DNA of 64,000 nt, taken from the sequence record MF459647.1; one strand, given 5' to 3'. Numbering within the stretch: the stretch's first letter is position 1; each line of letters begins with the position of its first letter. The translations under genes were made by a program, and so were the position numbers. The notes under the pieces were generated by a model that was not told where the DNA came from, did no database searches, and worked only from the letters and a program-made list of their open reading frames with translations. Of this stretch, positions 55,649 to 63,838 are shown piece after piece.

Positions 55649-55672
55649 CCTCCTCCCTTCACTGGGAGGAGG
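55649..55672 (+). terminator. Stem-loop with TTCACT loop at the cassette junction
   Basis: cctcctccc-ttcact-gggaggagg. Confidence 0.6.
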
Positions 55673-55694
55673 GTCTTATATAACTGATGGCAAA

Positions 55695-55702
55695 ATGTTA
55701 TG
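55695..55702 (+). promoter_or_regulatory. Late-type TATG promoter motif
   Basis: atgtTATG upstream of cassette 2. Confidence 0.45.
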
Positions 55703-55751
55703 TTCCTGATTTCTTTATCCCTTATTATCCGTAAACGGAGAGGTACATGAC

Positions 55752-57416
55752 GTGAGTATAAACAGGCGTCAGCTCTTCCTGGACAGGTTCCTTGCCTATA
55801 ACAGGTCGCGCTATAAAGATAACCCTGACGCACTCAAACGACTGGACAGACTCACCTTCGAGGACATGGTTTTCGATGGCATTGCTATTGATACCAGCAA
55901 AGCCGGTGAGCTTCGTCGTCGCGTCGCTAACTTCCATGCCGATGCGCAAATGATGGAAGGTGTTGATCAACGCTGGACGTGCACCAGTCTGTTGCATCGC
56001 AAAGTCATCCCCACTGAAAACTATATCAACAGCACGCCGTTTGCCTCTCTGGAAGATTTTAAGAAAGTTAACCTGCAAGGTGTGTATCAGTATTTAGATG
56101 ACGGTGTTCCGGTATTGGGTGTGGTACTTGCTACCGACTCGTCTAAAACCGAAGACGTTACCCCGGAGTTGATTACACTCCTGAACACGGTATCTCGTTA
56201 CCAACTGTTAACCACCGAGCTGTCAATTGAAGCTGCTGACCGTGACCACTTCCCAATGCACTTCACCTACATGGGTGATACCATTGTGGGTCGCATTACT
56301 GTCATCCGTCAAGCTGCAGACCGACCTGCGGTAGGTAACGAAATTCTTGGTTATTACGGTGAGTTCCCGTCCGACTACTTAATCTCCAGCGGTGTATTGG
56401 CTGAGATGTTAGGGTTGGCTGGTGATAAACTGATTACCGGTGCAGAGACAGTGCCGTGGTTGAAGTTTGCTTACTTCGGTAAACTCCTGCATGTGTCAAA
56501 GCGTCCTATCAGTAAAAACATGACGTGGACGGCGCTGAACGACATGGGGTTAGTTGACGGCTCCCGTATTATTCAGTTAGGTAATAAGCGTTATCGGGTA
56601 CGTTTATTACACGGAGCAGCAAATGACTTCGGTAATGAATGGAACGACCTCATCTATCGCGTTCATTATCAAGATCCAACTAATACGTTCTGGGAGCGAT
56701 TCACAGACGAAGAGATGGGGCTTGGTTGGGATGCAGTTACCAACAAATGGTATCGTGATGGGTCCATTGCCTTTACCCAGGATGCAGTCGATGCTACTAC
56801 GGTGGTAACACGTGGTGGCGGGCAGGATGGTGCGTCACTGACCGTGACCGGTACCGTAGCGAAAACCACGACCAGCAAGTATTACGGTTGGCGACCGGTG
56901 TTGGAATACATTGGAACAAGCGGAATAGATACACCGTACATTGCGGATATCAGTTCTCCACTGTCGTTGGATTTCTCATCTGAAATCAACACCGACTTTA
57001 CTGGGGTCTTGCGTCCGTTTGGGTTTGACGTGGAAATGGTGCCGGATGCGAAGATTGTACCTAGCGCTGTTAACAACGTTACCCTGTTTGCGGTGAAGTT
57101 GGATTCTGCTTCGCTGGTAGGTAGTGCAGAAGCTCCGGTTGTCACCAAAATCGAAAACAACTCGGTGAAATTCCCACGTGATGTCAGACTGGATAAAATG
57201 GTCCCGTTAACGTGTGACATCTATTCACTGGAAGAGCCGGACGATACAGTTAGACTGGCTACGGTCGACATGGGTGACATCACTCCACGTCAAATTCGAC
57301 CAACCATTCCATTAGCGGCACAGGACCTCGGTGACATTGCAACCAAACAAGTCAACCCAGATGCTGATGGGAAATACAACGGTCTGTTTACCCATAACGG
57401 CACGCTACATTATTAA
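55752..57416 (+). CDS. Long virion paralog; cassette 2 gene A
   Basis: RRQLFLDRFLAYNRSRYK; WLKFAYFGKLLHVSKRPIS; GWRPVLEY. Confidence 0.75.
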   Translation: MSINRRQLFLDRFLAYNRSRYKDNPDALKRLDRLTFEDMVFDGIAIDTSKAGELRRRVANFHADAQMMEGVDQRWTCTSLLHRKVIPTENYINSTPFASLEDFKKVNLQGVYQYLDDGVPVLGVVLATDSSKTEDVTPELITLLNTVSRYQLLTTELSIEAADRDHFPMHFTYMGDTIVGRITVIRQAADRPAVGNEILGYYGEFPSDYLISSGVLAEMLGLAGDKLITGAETVPWLKFAYFGKLLHVSKRPISKNMTWTALNDMGLVDGSRIIQLGNKRYRVRLLHGAANDFGNEWNDLIYRVHYQDPTNTFWERFTDEEMGLGWDAVTNKWYRDGSIAFTQDAVDATTVVTRGGGQDGASLTVTGTVAKTTTSKYYGWRPVLEYIGTSGIDTPYIADISSPLSLDFSSEINTDFTGVLRPFGFDVEMVPDAKIVPSAVNNVTLFAVKLDSASLVGSAEAPVVTKIENNSVKFPRDVRLDKMVPLTCDIYSLEEPDDTVRLATVDMGDITPRQIRPTIPLAAQDLGDIATKQVNPDADGKYNGLFTHNGTLHY

Positions 57417-57431
57417 TTCATAGGAACAGTC

Positions 57432-58322
57432 ATGGCTATTCTGATTAAATTCAACAACCCCAATGCTGATGACATTACCCTGAATGTCTATCGAGCAGAT
57501 GCTGAAATGGACCGCAGCAAACTTCCGGCTCCGCTGGCTACCTTAACCGGTCGCCCAACTGAGTTCCTGGACAAAACTGCTGTGCAGGGCAAAACCTACT
57601 TCTATATCTTCGAAGCTATCGGTAACAACGACCGTGACATCTCTCGCAACATTAAACTGATTGCAGCAGAAACACGCGGTCCAGGCAACAACATTCTGAA
57701 AGAAGGCACTCGTGAGCTAGGCCACTATGACGTGATGCCGGCGTCTGACCTGCTGGATTACCAACAGCTGTTTGCTAAGATGGGTAACCCTGCTGGCTTT
57801 ACAGCGAGTAACTTCACGAACTGGGTTAAGTTTGCACGCAAAGGGAAAGTCTTCTTTGTGCCTTCATCACCTATTGGGGTAGCTATGCCTCAGGCAATGA
57901 AAGATGCCGGCTTTATGGGTGACGGTAAGATTATTGAACAGAACGGGTTCAAATACCGTGTTCGTTTAGCACGCGGTTGCAGTGAAACCGATGCCGAAGC
58001 GACGACGTTCCTGGCGGATAAAGTCGCGTTGACTAACTACGACATGGATACATTTGATATCAGTTGTGAATTCAACGATCTGGTGTACCCGCTGTTAAAC
58101 GTTACGCCGTTAAAACAACGGTTGTCAAATAAACTCAATGGCAGCATCAAAACGATAACAGGTAGTCGCTTTGTTCCTGTAAAGGAAGCATTGGCTGATT
58201 CGTCTCCGGTGTCCCGTACCTATTACGACGCAACCGATCGTACCCAGGCGACGTGTCTTCGTGCTATTGCTCTTAACGTGGCTTGTGCGTTCTGGCCGGT
58301 ATTAGAACTGATTGAGGGCTAA
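57432..58322 (+). CDS. Virion paralog; cassette 2 gene B
   Basis: ETRGPG; FWPVLELIEG. Confidence 0.8.
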   Translation: MAILIKFNNPNADDITLNVYRADAEMDRSKLPAPLATLTGRPTEFLDKTAVQGKTYFYIFEAIGNNDRDISRNIKLIAAETRGPGNNILKEGTRELGHYDVMPASDLLDYQQLFAKMGNPAGFTASNFTNWVKFARKGKVFFVPSSPIGVAMPQAMKDAGFMGDGKIIEQNGFKYRVRLARGCSETDAEATTFLADKVALTNYDMDTFDISCEFNDLVYPLLNVTPLKQRLSNKLNGSIKTITGSRFVPVKEALADSSPVSRTYYDATDRTQATCLRAIALNVACAFWPVLELIEG

Positions 58323-58324
58323 TT

Positions 58325-59290
58325 ATGGCAGTCATTATTAGTTGGAAGCCCATAGCCAACGCCGACAAGATTCGCGTGTATCAATCAACTACTCCGTTCA
58401 CGTTTGCAGACATTGCCGGGAACCCCGCTATTACCATGGTAGAAGTGCCCGGGACTGATGTTAGCAAAGCTGTGACCATCCCACGTAATAACGTGCACTG
58501 GTTCGCGTTGTCAGCGGTTGATGCAGACGGTCTGGAGTTGTTCTGTGAAGTGTTCCCAATGGGTAACTTCCCTAACACCGGACCTGGGCCGGATACCATT
58601 CTTCGTGGTAACTGGGATTTCGGTTTGTTTGGTGAGCTTTCTACCGAACAGCTGTTTACTAATGCTGAACTAGGTGCAGGAATTGTTGCAGCAGGTGCGA
58701 CCGTTGATAACGTTACCAGCGGCAACCGTATCACCAAGTGGTTTAAGTGTATCGTTAACGGGAAGATTCTGTTTATCCCAAATAACTACGTTTATCTCAT
58801 GCCTGAAGGTGGCGATAAACCGACCCTGTTAGCCCAGCGTAAGTTGAGCATGACCGCCGGGTTTCCGGGTGCAGCTGTTCTAAGCAAGAACGGCAATGAT
58901 TTCATGTATCGTTTACCGTCCTATACCCGAAGTGTGCCTGCTGGGCAAATCACGCAGCCAGCCTCTGACGATATCTTGAGTTCTGAAGCCGGGATGATTG
59001 CGGCATTAGAAACAGGGGCATTGAAAATTGGGCGAAACAGCGTGGGGGTTGGGCGCACTCCGTATAACGTGTGGGATAACCTCGGTGATATGGTCTTGGG
59101 TTCAACTGGTAACACCCCGCTGGCAACGGCGAACTATTATTCAGTAAGTTCGAACATGCAATGGGGTGTGCACTGCATGATTCCTCGTGATGGGTCGTAC
59201 ATGACCTACGGGATTCAGCAGTGGTTCCAGAACAGTAGCGTCTCCTACGGTAACTTCTACGTCATGCCGATTCTTGAATTGGTCTTCTAA
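58325..59290 (+). CDS. Virion paralog; cassette 2 gene C
   Basis: NTGPGPDTILRGNWDFG; VMPILELVF. Confidence 0.8.
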   Translation: MAVIISWKPIANADKIRVYQSTTPFTFADIAGNPAITMVEVPGTDVSKAVTIPRNNVHWFALSAVDADGLELFCEVFPMGNFPNTGPGPDTILRGNWDFGLFGELSTEQLFTNAELGAGIVAAGATVDNVTSGNRITKWFKCIVNGKILFIPNNYVYLMPEGGDKPTLLAQRKLSMTAGFPGAAVLSKNGNDFMYRLPSYTRSVPAGQITQPASDDILSSEAGMIAALETGALKIGRNSVGVGRTPYNVWDNLGDMVLGSTGNTPLATANYYSVSSNMQWGVHCMIPRDGSYMTYGIQQWFQNSSVSYGNFYVMPILELVF

Positions 59291-59299
59291 GGATATCCA

Positions 59300-60154
59300 A
59301 TGAGCATTACTATTAACTTTCGTAACCGCAACATTGATGCCCTGGATGAGATTCGTATTTACCGTACGGAGAACCGGGGTGTTGCACCAACCCTGATTGC
59401 GACCATTACCAACGACAAGGTCTTTTACAAGGACACAACAGCCCAGTACAACCAACTGTACTTCTATCAGACCGGTGCGGTGTATCAAGGTATCGAAAAC
59501 CGCAGCGAACTGTTCCCGGCTATTGCGTTCCGTAATAATGACAACGGTCCGGGTCCACAAAAGCTCATTCGCGGTAACTTTGAGTTTGGGCTGTTTGGTC
59601 CGGTGGACATGAATGACCTGCCGTCGTTTGATGCAGTGTCGGTATCAGCAGGTGTTACCCGTAACGTTACGGGTAACCCAACGGTGGCGCTGAAGTGGTG
59701 TATTAATGGCAAAATCATTTACACCTTTAATGCTGCGTTCCACACAGGCATCTCCAAAGACAACCTGAAGAAGCTGTTCATTGCTGCAAACAAAGAGTCG
59801 GACTTCTTCAGTATCGACTTAGCGGGGAAAACCTTTAAAGTACGTCCGCCGTTTGCCACTACACTGCGTGGGGCCATCGTAGGGACCGGGGAAACCTATC
59901 CCCTGACGTGGTCAACGGATGTTCAGCAAAGTGAAGCAGGCGCGATTATGCGCAGCTATCTGGGGTCTGCTGTTATCAAGGCCGGCGATCGGATGTATGA
60001 CCTGGCTCCGTTACCGGCGGGTGGCTTCTGGACTAACACCTACTATGACCTGAACACATACTACATGTTCTATCTGGACGGCAACACAAGCGCCTATCGT
60101 GCATCCTCTGGAACGGGTCCTTTCTATCCGGTGTATGAACTGATGCTTGATTAA
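59300..60154 (+). CDS. Virion paralog; cassette 2 gene D
   Basis: GPGPQKLIRGNFEFG; FYPVYELMLD. Confidence 0.8.
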   Translation: MSITINFRNRNIDALDEIRIYRTENRGVAPTLIATITNDKVFYKDTTAQYNQLYFYQTGAVYQGIENRSELFPAIAFRNNDNGPGPQKLIRGNFEFGLFGPVDMNDLPSFDAVSVSAGVTRNVTGNPTVALKWCINGKIIYTFNAAFHTGISKDNLKKLFIAANKESDFFSIDLAGKTFKVRPPFATTLRGAIVGTGETYPLTWSTDVQQSEAGAIMRSYLGSAVIKAGDRMYDLAPLPAGGFWTNTYYDLNTYYMFYLDGNTSAYRASSGTGPFYPVYELMLD

Positions 60155-60169
60155 TAAACTGGAGACTTA

Positions 60170-60754
60170 ATGAAAATTCCAAACATGCAGTTGTTTTTGG
60201 ACAGGTTCATTAGCGTTAACAGAGTCAGGTATCGGCAACAGCCGAGCGTTTTGGCTATCCTCGACACATTGACATTAAAGAACGTTATCTTCTCGAAGGT
60301 GCGTTCTGATATTGATGCGTTCGGGGAACTGGTGCGTACAGTGGACATGTACGTGCCAAAAGTCATGAAGGCCATGGACCAAAGTTGGTTACCTGCCTAC
60401 TACACCACTCCGCGTATCACCAACATGGTGACTACTGATGTGCAGGATGAAAACGATCTCATCACGCTCGAGGTACCGGGGTTCTACTTTTACAAGGACC
60501 GTTACAGTAAAGTGCAGGGATGCGTGGTGGTGCCTGCCCAGATTAATTCGGAAGACATTGCGGATTACGTCAAGGACATGGTAAAGAATGCAAATGCTTA
60601 CCAAATCAATGACGACCAAATCTCGGTAGCCGGTAACTTCTCTGAGGTTATTGTAGACACCCCCGCCATCTACCAACGACTCAAGCTTGTCCTTTCTCTG
60701 CGTGATTTCTCATTTAATATCCCCGACACGGACTACGGGGATTTGGGGGTCTGA
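60170..60754 (+). CDS. Virion protein: QLFLDRF domain plus IPDTDYGDL
   Basis: N- and C-terminal motifs shared with 51171. Confidence 0.75.
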   Translation: MKIPNMQLFLDRFISVNRVRYRQQPSVLAILDTLTLKNVIFSKVRSDIDAFGELVRTVDMYVPKVMKAMDQSWLPAYYTTPRITNMVTTDVQDENDLITLEVPGFYFYKDRYSKVQGCVVVPAQINSEDIADYVKDMVKNANAYQINDDQISVAGNFSEVIVDTPAIYQRLKLVLSLRDFSFNIPDTDYGDLGV

Positions 60755-60794
60755 ATTTTATGGACCGATTATTATAACACCGAGGTAATTTATT

Positions 60795-61430
60795 ATGGGA
60801 ATGCTTGACCAACGTCAGCTATTTCTGGATAAGTTCGTTGCGTATAACAAACAACGTTATGCCTCCGAACCTAACAAAGTTGCGGCGTTCGATAACTTAT
60901 CGTTGAGCGACGTCCAGTTCGGTACCATCACCAAGACGGAAGATAACGGCGTTTACAAACGCTCTTACGACCACGTTAACTCAACTACTCGTAACTTCAC
61001 GTCTGACCCGCAGCGTTTCAATGCAGCTAACCTGGCCAGCCAGTGGGTAACCACAGCCAGCCAGATGGCGGACATTGCCGATGTGCGTGCTGCACCGCCG
61101 GGCATCTATTTCTACCTGGATGCGCTGAACAACAATGCTCGTACCCTGTGCGTGGTATATCCGTACGACTTCGATACCAGTGACGATGTCGCGTTCAAAG
61201 ATCAAATCTTCACCATGATCAACGGCGCGTGTAAATACGCACTGGATAAATCGGTCTTCGATATCCTGCCGTGGACTCAGTCTGACCCGACGGACAAAAT
61301 GACTTACGTTCAAGACGAAGTCATCGCGGGTTGGGTACTGACCATTAAAGGTACTCAGGATACGCTGGTCATTCCGGATACCGACTACGGCGATCTGATT
61401 AACGAACAAAACGGTGGCGTTGCGCCGTAA
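60795..61430 (+). CDS. Virion protein: QLFLDKF domain plus IPDTDYGDL
   Basis: Motifs as above; strong codon bias; TATG at 60759. Confidence 0.78.
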   Translation: MGMLDQRQLFLDKFVAYNKQRYASEPNKVAAFDNLSLSDVQFGTITKTEDNGVYKRSYDHVNSTTRNFTSDPQRFNAANLASQWVTTASQMADIADVRAAPPGIYFYLDALNNNARTLCVVYPYDFDTSDDVAFKDQIFTMINGACKYALDKSVFDILPWTQSDPTDKMTYVQDEVIAGWVLTIKGTQDTLVIPDTDYGDLINEQNGGVAP

Positions 61431-61448
61431 TAACGTTTGTTACTGACT

Positions 61449-61480
61449 AGGTTAACCCCGCGATGGGGTTAACCTTTTCT
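61449..61480 (+). terminator. Intrinsic terminator
   Basis: aggttaacccc/ggggttaacct followed by a T-run. Confidence 0.75.
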
Positions 61481-61503
61481 CTTTTCTGTTAAGGACATTT
61501 GAT

Positions 61504-62379
61504 ATGGACGCAAACCTGCAACTCTTCCTTGACAAGTTCATTGAGGTGAATAAGCAGAAGTATGCTGATGAACCTGAAGTGCTTGCTCTTCTGGAAGGAT
61601 TGACACTGGCGGATGTTGTTTTCGACAGCATCGAAATCGATGAGAGTTTAGGCGAAGGCGGTCGTATTGCCAGCTTCCATTCTCCTTCCCGTAAATTCAA
61701 TGCCCCGCAACAACAGTGGCTTTGTTCAACTCTCCAGGGTAAGAACGTCGTTACCTTTACTGATGCAAAAGTGTTTGATGACAAAGCATCGGTAAAAGCA
61801 CTGACGGCACCAGGCGTCTACCTGCACAAAGCAGGCGACGCCACAGCGGTATCGGTATTGACAGCTGAAGACGTTGCCGATGTTGACACTGCAACGCAAA
61901 ACATCATTGCTGCTTTGACCGGCGCGGCGAATTATGAACTGAAGGTTGAAGACCTGCTGATTCCAACCTTTACCCTCGGAACAGATTTCGAAGGTCTGGT
62001 CAGTTCACACTGCATCGAAGACACGTTCAACGTGTACTTTATCCCGAAAGCGACAGCTCCGTCTGAACCGGGTGACGGTGGTGAAACTGATCCAGGTACT
62101 GGCGGCGGTGAAACCGGTGGTGAAGGTGAAGGTGGCGAACCTGAAGTGGATCCTAACGAACCGGTAATCACGCCGGAAATGGAAGCCGAAGATAAAGCCC
62201 TGGCCGACCCAACTGCCGGTGGTATTTATTCTGACGTAGGTGACAAAGGGTTTGGTGTATTAACTGTACCGCGTGAAATCTCTGAAGAGACAGCCAACAT
62301 CGCTACCATCACTGGTATGACGTTTGGTCTGGTAGGCGCTGGTTCTCTGCAGGTGGAGACTTTAAATGAAAACGCGTAA
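61504..62379 (+). CDS. Virion protein: QLFLDKF domain plus a Gly/Glu/Pro-rich linker
   Basis: LQLFLDKFIEVNKQKY; PSEPGDGGETDPGTGGGETGGEGEGGEPE. Confidence 0.75.
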   Translation: MDANLQLFLDKFIEVNKQKYADEPEVLALLEGLTLADVVFDSIEIDESLGEGGRIASFHSPSRKFNAPQQQWLCSTLQGKNVVTFTDAKVFDDKASVKALTAPGVYLHKAGDATAVSVLTAEDVADVDTATQNIIAALTGAANYELKVEDLLIPTFTLGTDFEGLVSSHCIEDTFNVYFIPKATAPSEPGDGGETDPGTGGGETGGEGEGGEPEVDPNEPVITPEMEAEDKALADPTAGGIYSDVGDKGFGVLTVPREISEETANIATITGMTFGLVGAGSLQVETLNENA

Positions 62380-63715
62380 GCATATTAACGAAATCTTCCT
62401 GGAAGCTTTAGCGGAGTGGTTGCGTAAACAAGATCGTGAAGCTGACGCGAAAATCATTGACGGTATCGATCCTACTACCTTTGTCCGCAGTGGTTATAAG
62501 TCCAACAACATCTACGGCAGCAGCGGTAACCCGAACAAAGGTAACGGTGGCAAAGTCACCATTAACCAGCTGGGTTATACTGCACAGGTAACCAAACGTA
62601 CCGGCGAAGTCATGAACGGTCGTGTGCTGTCGCTGGCTGATTTCGTTGCGCAGATTCCACCGGAAATCCGTCCTAAGTTTATCGGTGATTTGGGTTCAAG
62701 CTCCAGCACCGTTTGGGATCCGACTTCGGTAGGTTTGGACATGGGTCGTCCGGGCTGTCGTTGCTTTGGTCAGATGGGTGCCAACGGTCATGCATTTATC
62801 GTGGTGGTAGGTTCCGATGAAGACAGCACCGATCCAGCCGTGATTGAAAAGTACCTGCCGTTTACGTTCGGGTTCACTAAATCCGACATCTTTGCAGGCA
62901 GTGCGTACGGCGCGGAAACCTATTTCCGTAACTCCAACAACCTGTTTAACTGCACCTTCAGCGCGCTGGTATGGAAATCCACTTCACCGGCTCCTGAGCA
63001 GAAACCGGTTAACCAGGACCTGCCGATTCTGACGTACTCTACTCCGACCAACAAAGCACCGAGCGCACGTTATCGTAAAGTGCCGGCGTTGAACCTAACG
63101 GTTGACTGGGAAGTGCTGCGTGGTAAGTACACGTCGAAAGTTCACTATAACCAGCTGTGGATTGACGTGGTAGAAGCTGCGCTGCGTAAAGCCGGTGATA
63201 ACTACAACGCCGATCTGATTAAACGTATTAATCCGGAAACCTTTGTTCCATTCCAGATTAAGAACGACACAACGAACAAGAAGTACACCTACCTCGGCGC
63301 GCAGTGCAGTACGTCGAAGCTGTATTTCGAAAGCATCACTTTCAACATCTATCAGGCCGCTGCGGATTCTACCCGCATGTTCCTGTCAGACTTTGGTTGG
63401 GTGTATGCGCCGGAAGCGGGTATCTCTTGGAAACTTGTGGCGGACCAGGCAACGGCTACCGCCTACACCGGTACGGACATTATTGCGGAGAATCAGTTCC
63501 ATTACTTCTACCGCCATATTGCCAAAGGCACGAAGCTTACCAAGCAAATGCTGTTGGATTCGTTCCCGTTCCATGCAGACGGTGTAGACTATCTTTACCA
63601 GACGTTTACGGATACCTTGACCAAAGCTTCCGCTAACTTCTATAACGAACTGCAGGAGAACATGTGGACCGGTTCTTCTACCATTAGCGTTAACGTTGTC
63701 GCTGATTTAGTGTAA
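62366..63715 (+). CDS. Putative virion protein with an internal domain duplication
   Basis: HINEIFLEALAEWLRK...IDPTTF vs HYNQLWIDVVEAALRK...INPETF. Confidence 0.7.
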   Translation: MKTRKHINEIFLEALAEWLRKQDREADAKIIDGIDPTTFVRSGYKSNNIYGSSGNPNKGNGGKVTINQLGYTAQVTKRTGEVMNGRVLSLADFVAQIPPEIRPKFIGDLGSSSSTVWDPTSVGLDMGRPGCRCFGQMGANGHAFIVVVGSDEDSTDPAVIEKYLPFTFGFTKSDIFAGSAYGAETYFRNSNNLFNCTFSALVWKSTSPAPEQKPVNQDLPILTYSTPTNKAPSARYRKVPALNLTVDWEVLRGKYTSKVHYNQLWIDVVEAALRKAGDNYNADLIKRINPETFVPFQIKNDTTNKKYTYLGAQCSTSKLYFESITFNIYQAAADSTRMFLSDFGWVYAPEAGISWKLVADQATATAYTGTDIIAENQFHYFYRHIAKGTKLTKQMLLDSFPFHADGVDYLYQTFTDTLTKASANFYNELQENMWTGSSTISVNVVADLV

Positions 63716-63722
63716 CCCCCTA

Positions 63723-63770
63723 TCACTCCTACCTCCGAAAGGGGGTGGGGGTGGTATAACAATAATTTTT
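63723..63770 (+). terminator. Terminator hairpin
   Basis: tcactcctacctcc-GAAA-gggggtgggggtgg. Confidence 0.65.
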
Positions 63771-63775
63771 CAGAT

Positions 63776-63793
63776 CTACATTATTAATATGTA
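63776..63793 (+). promoter_or_regulatory. Early-type phage promoter motif
   Basis: cTACATTAT-taata-TGTA. Confidence 0.65.
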
Positions 63794-63838
63794 AGTTTAG
63801 CTGATATCTTTTTATGAGGTGTAAATGAGGTAACCATT

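Noticed and set aside
50275-60154. Active diversity-generating retroelement
   Set aside because: No reverse transcriptase, Avd or near-identical TR/VR pair seen in the window; paralogs are diverged at all bases. It cannot be excluded elsewhere in the genome.
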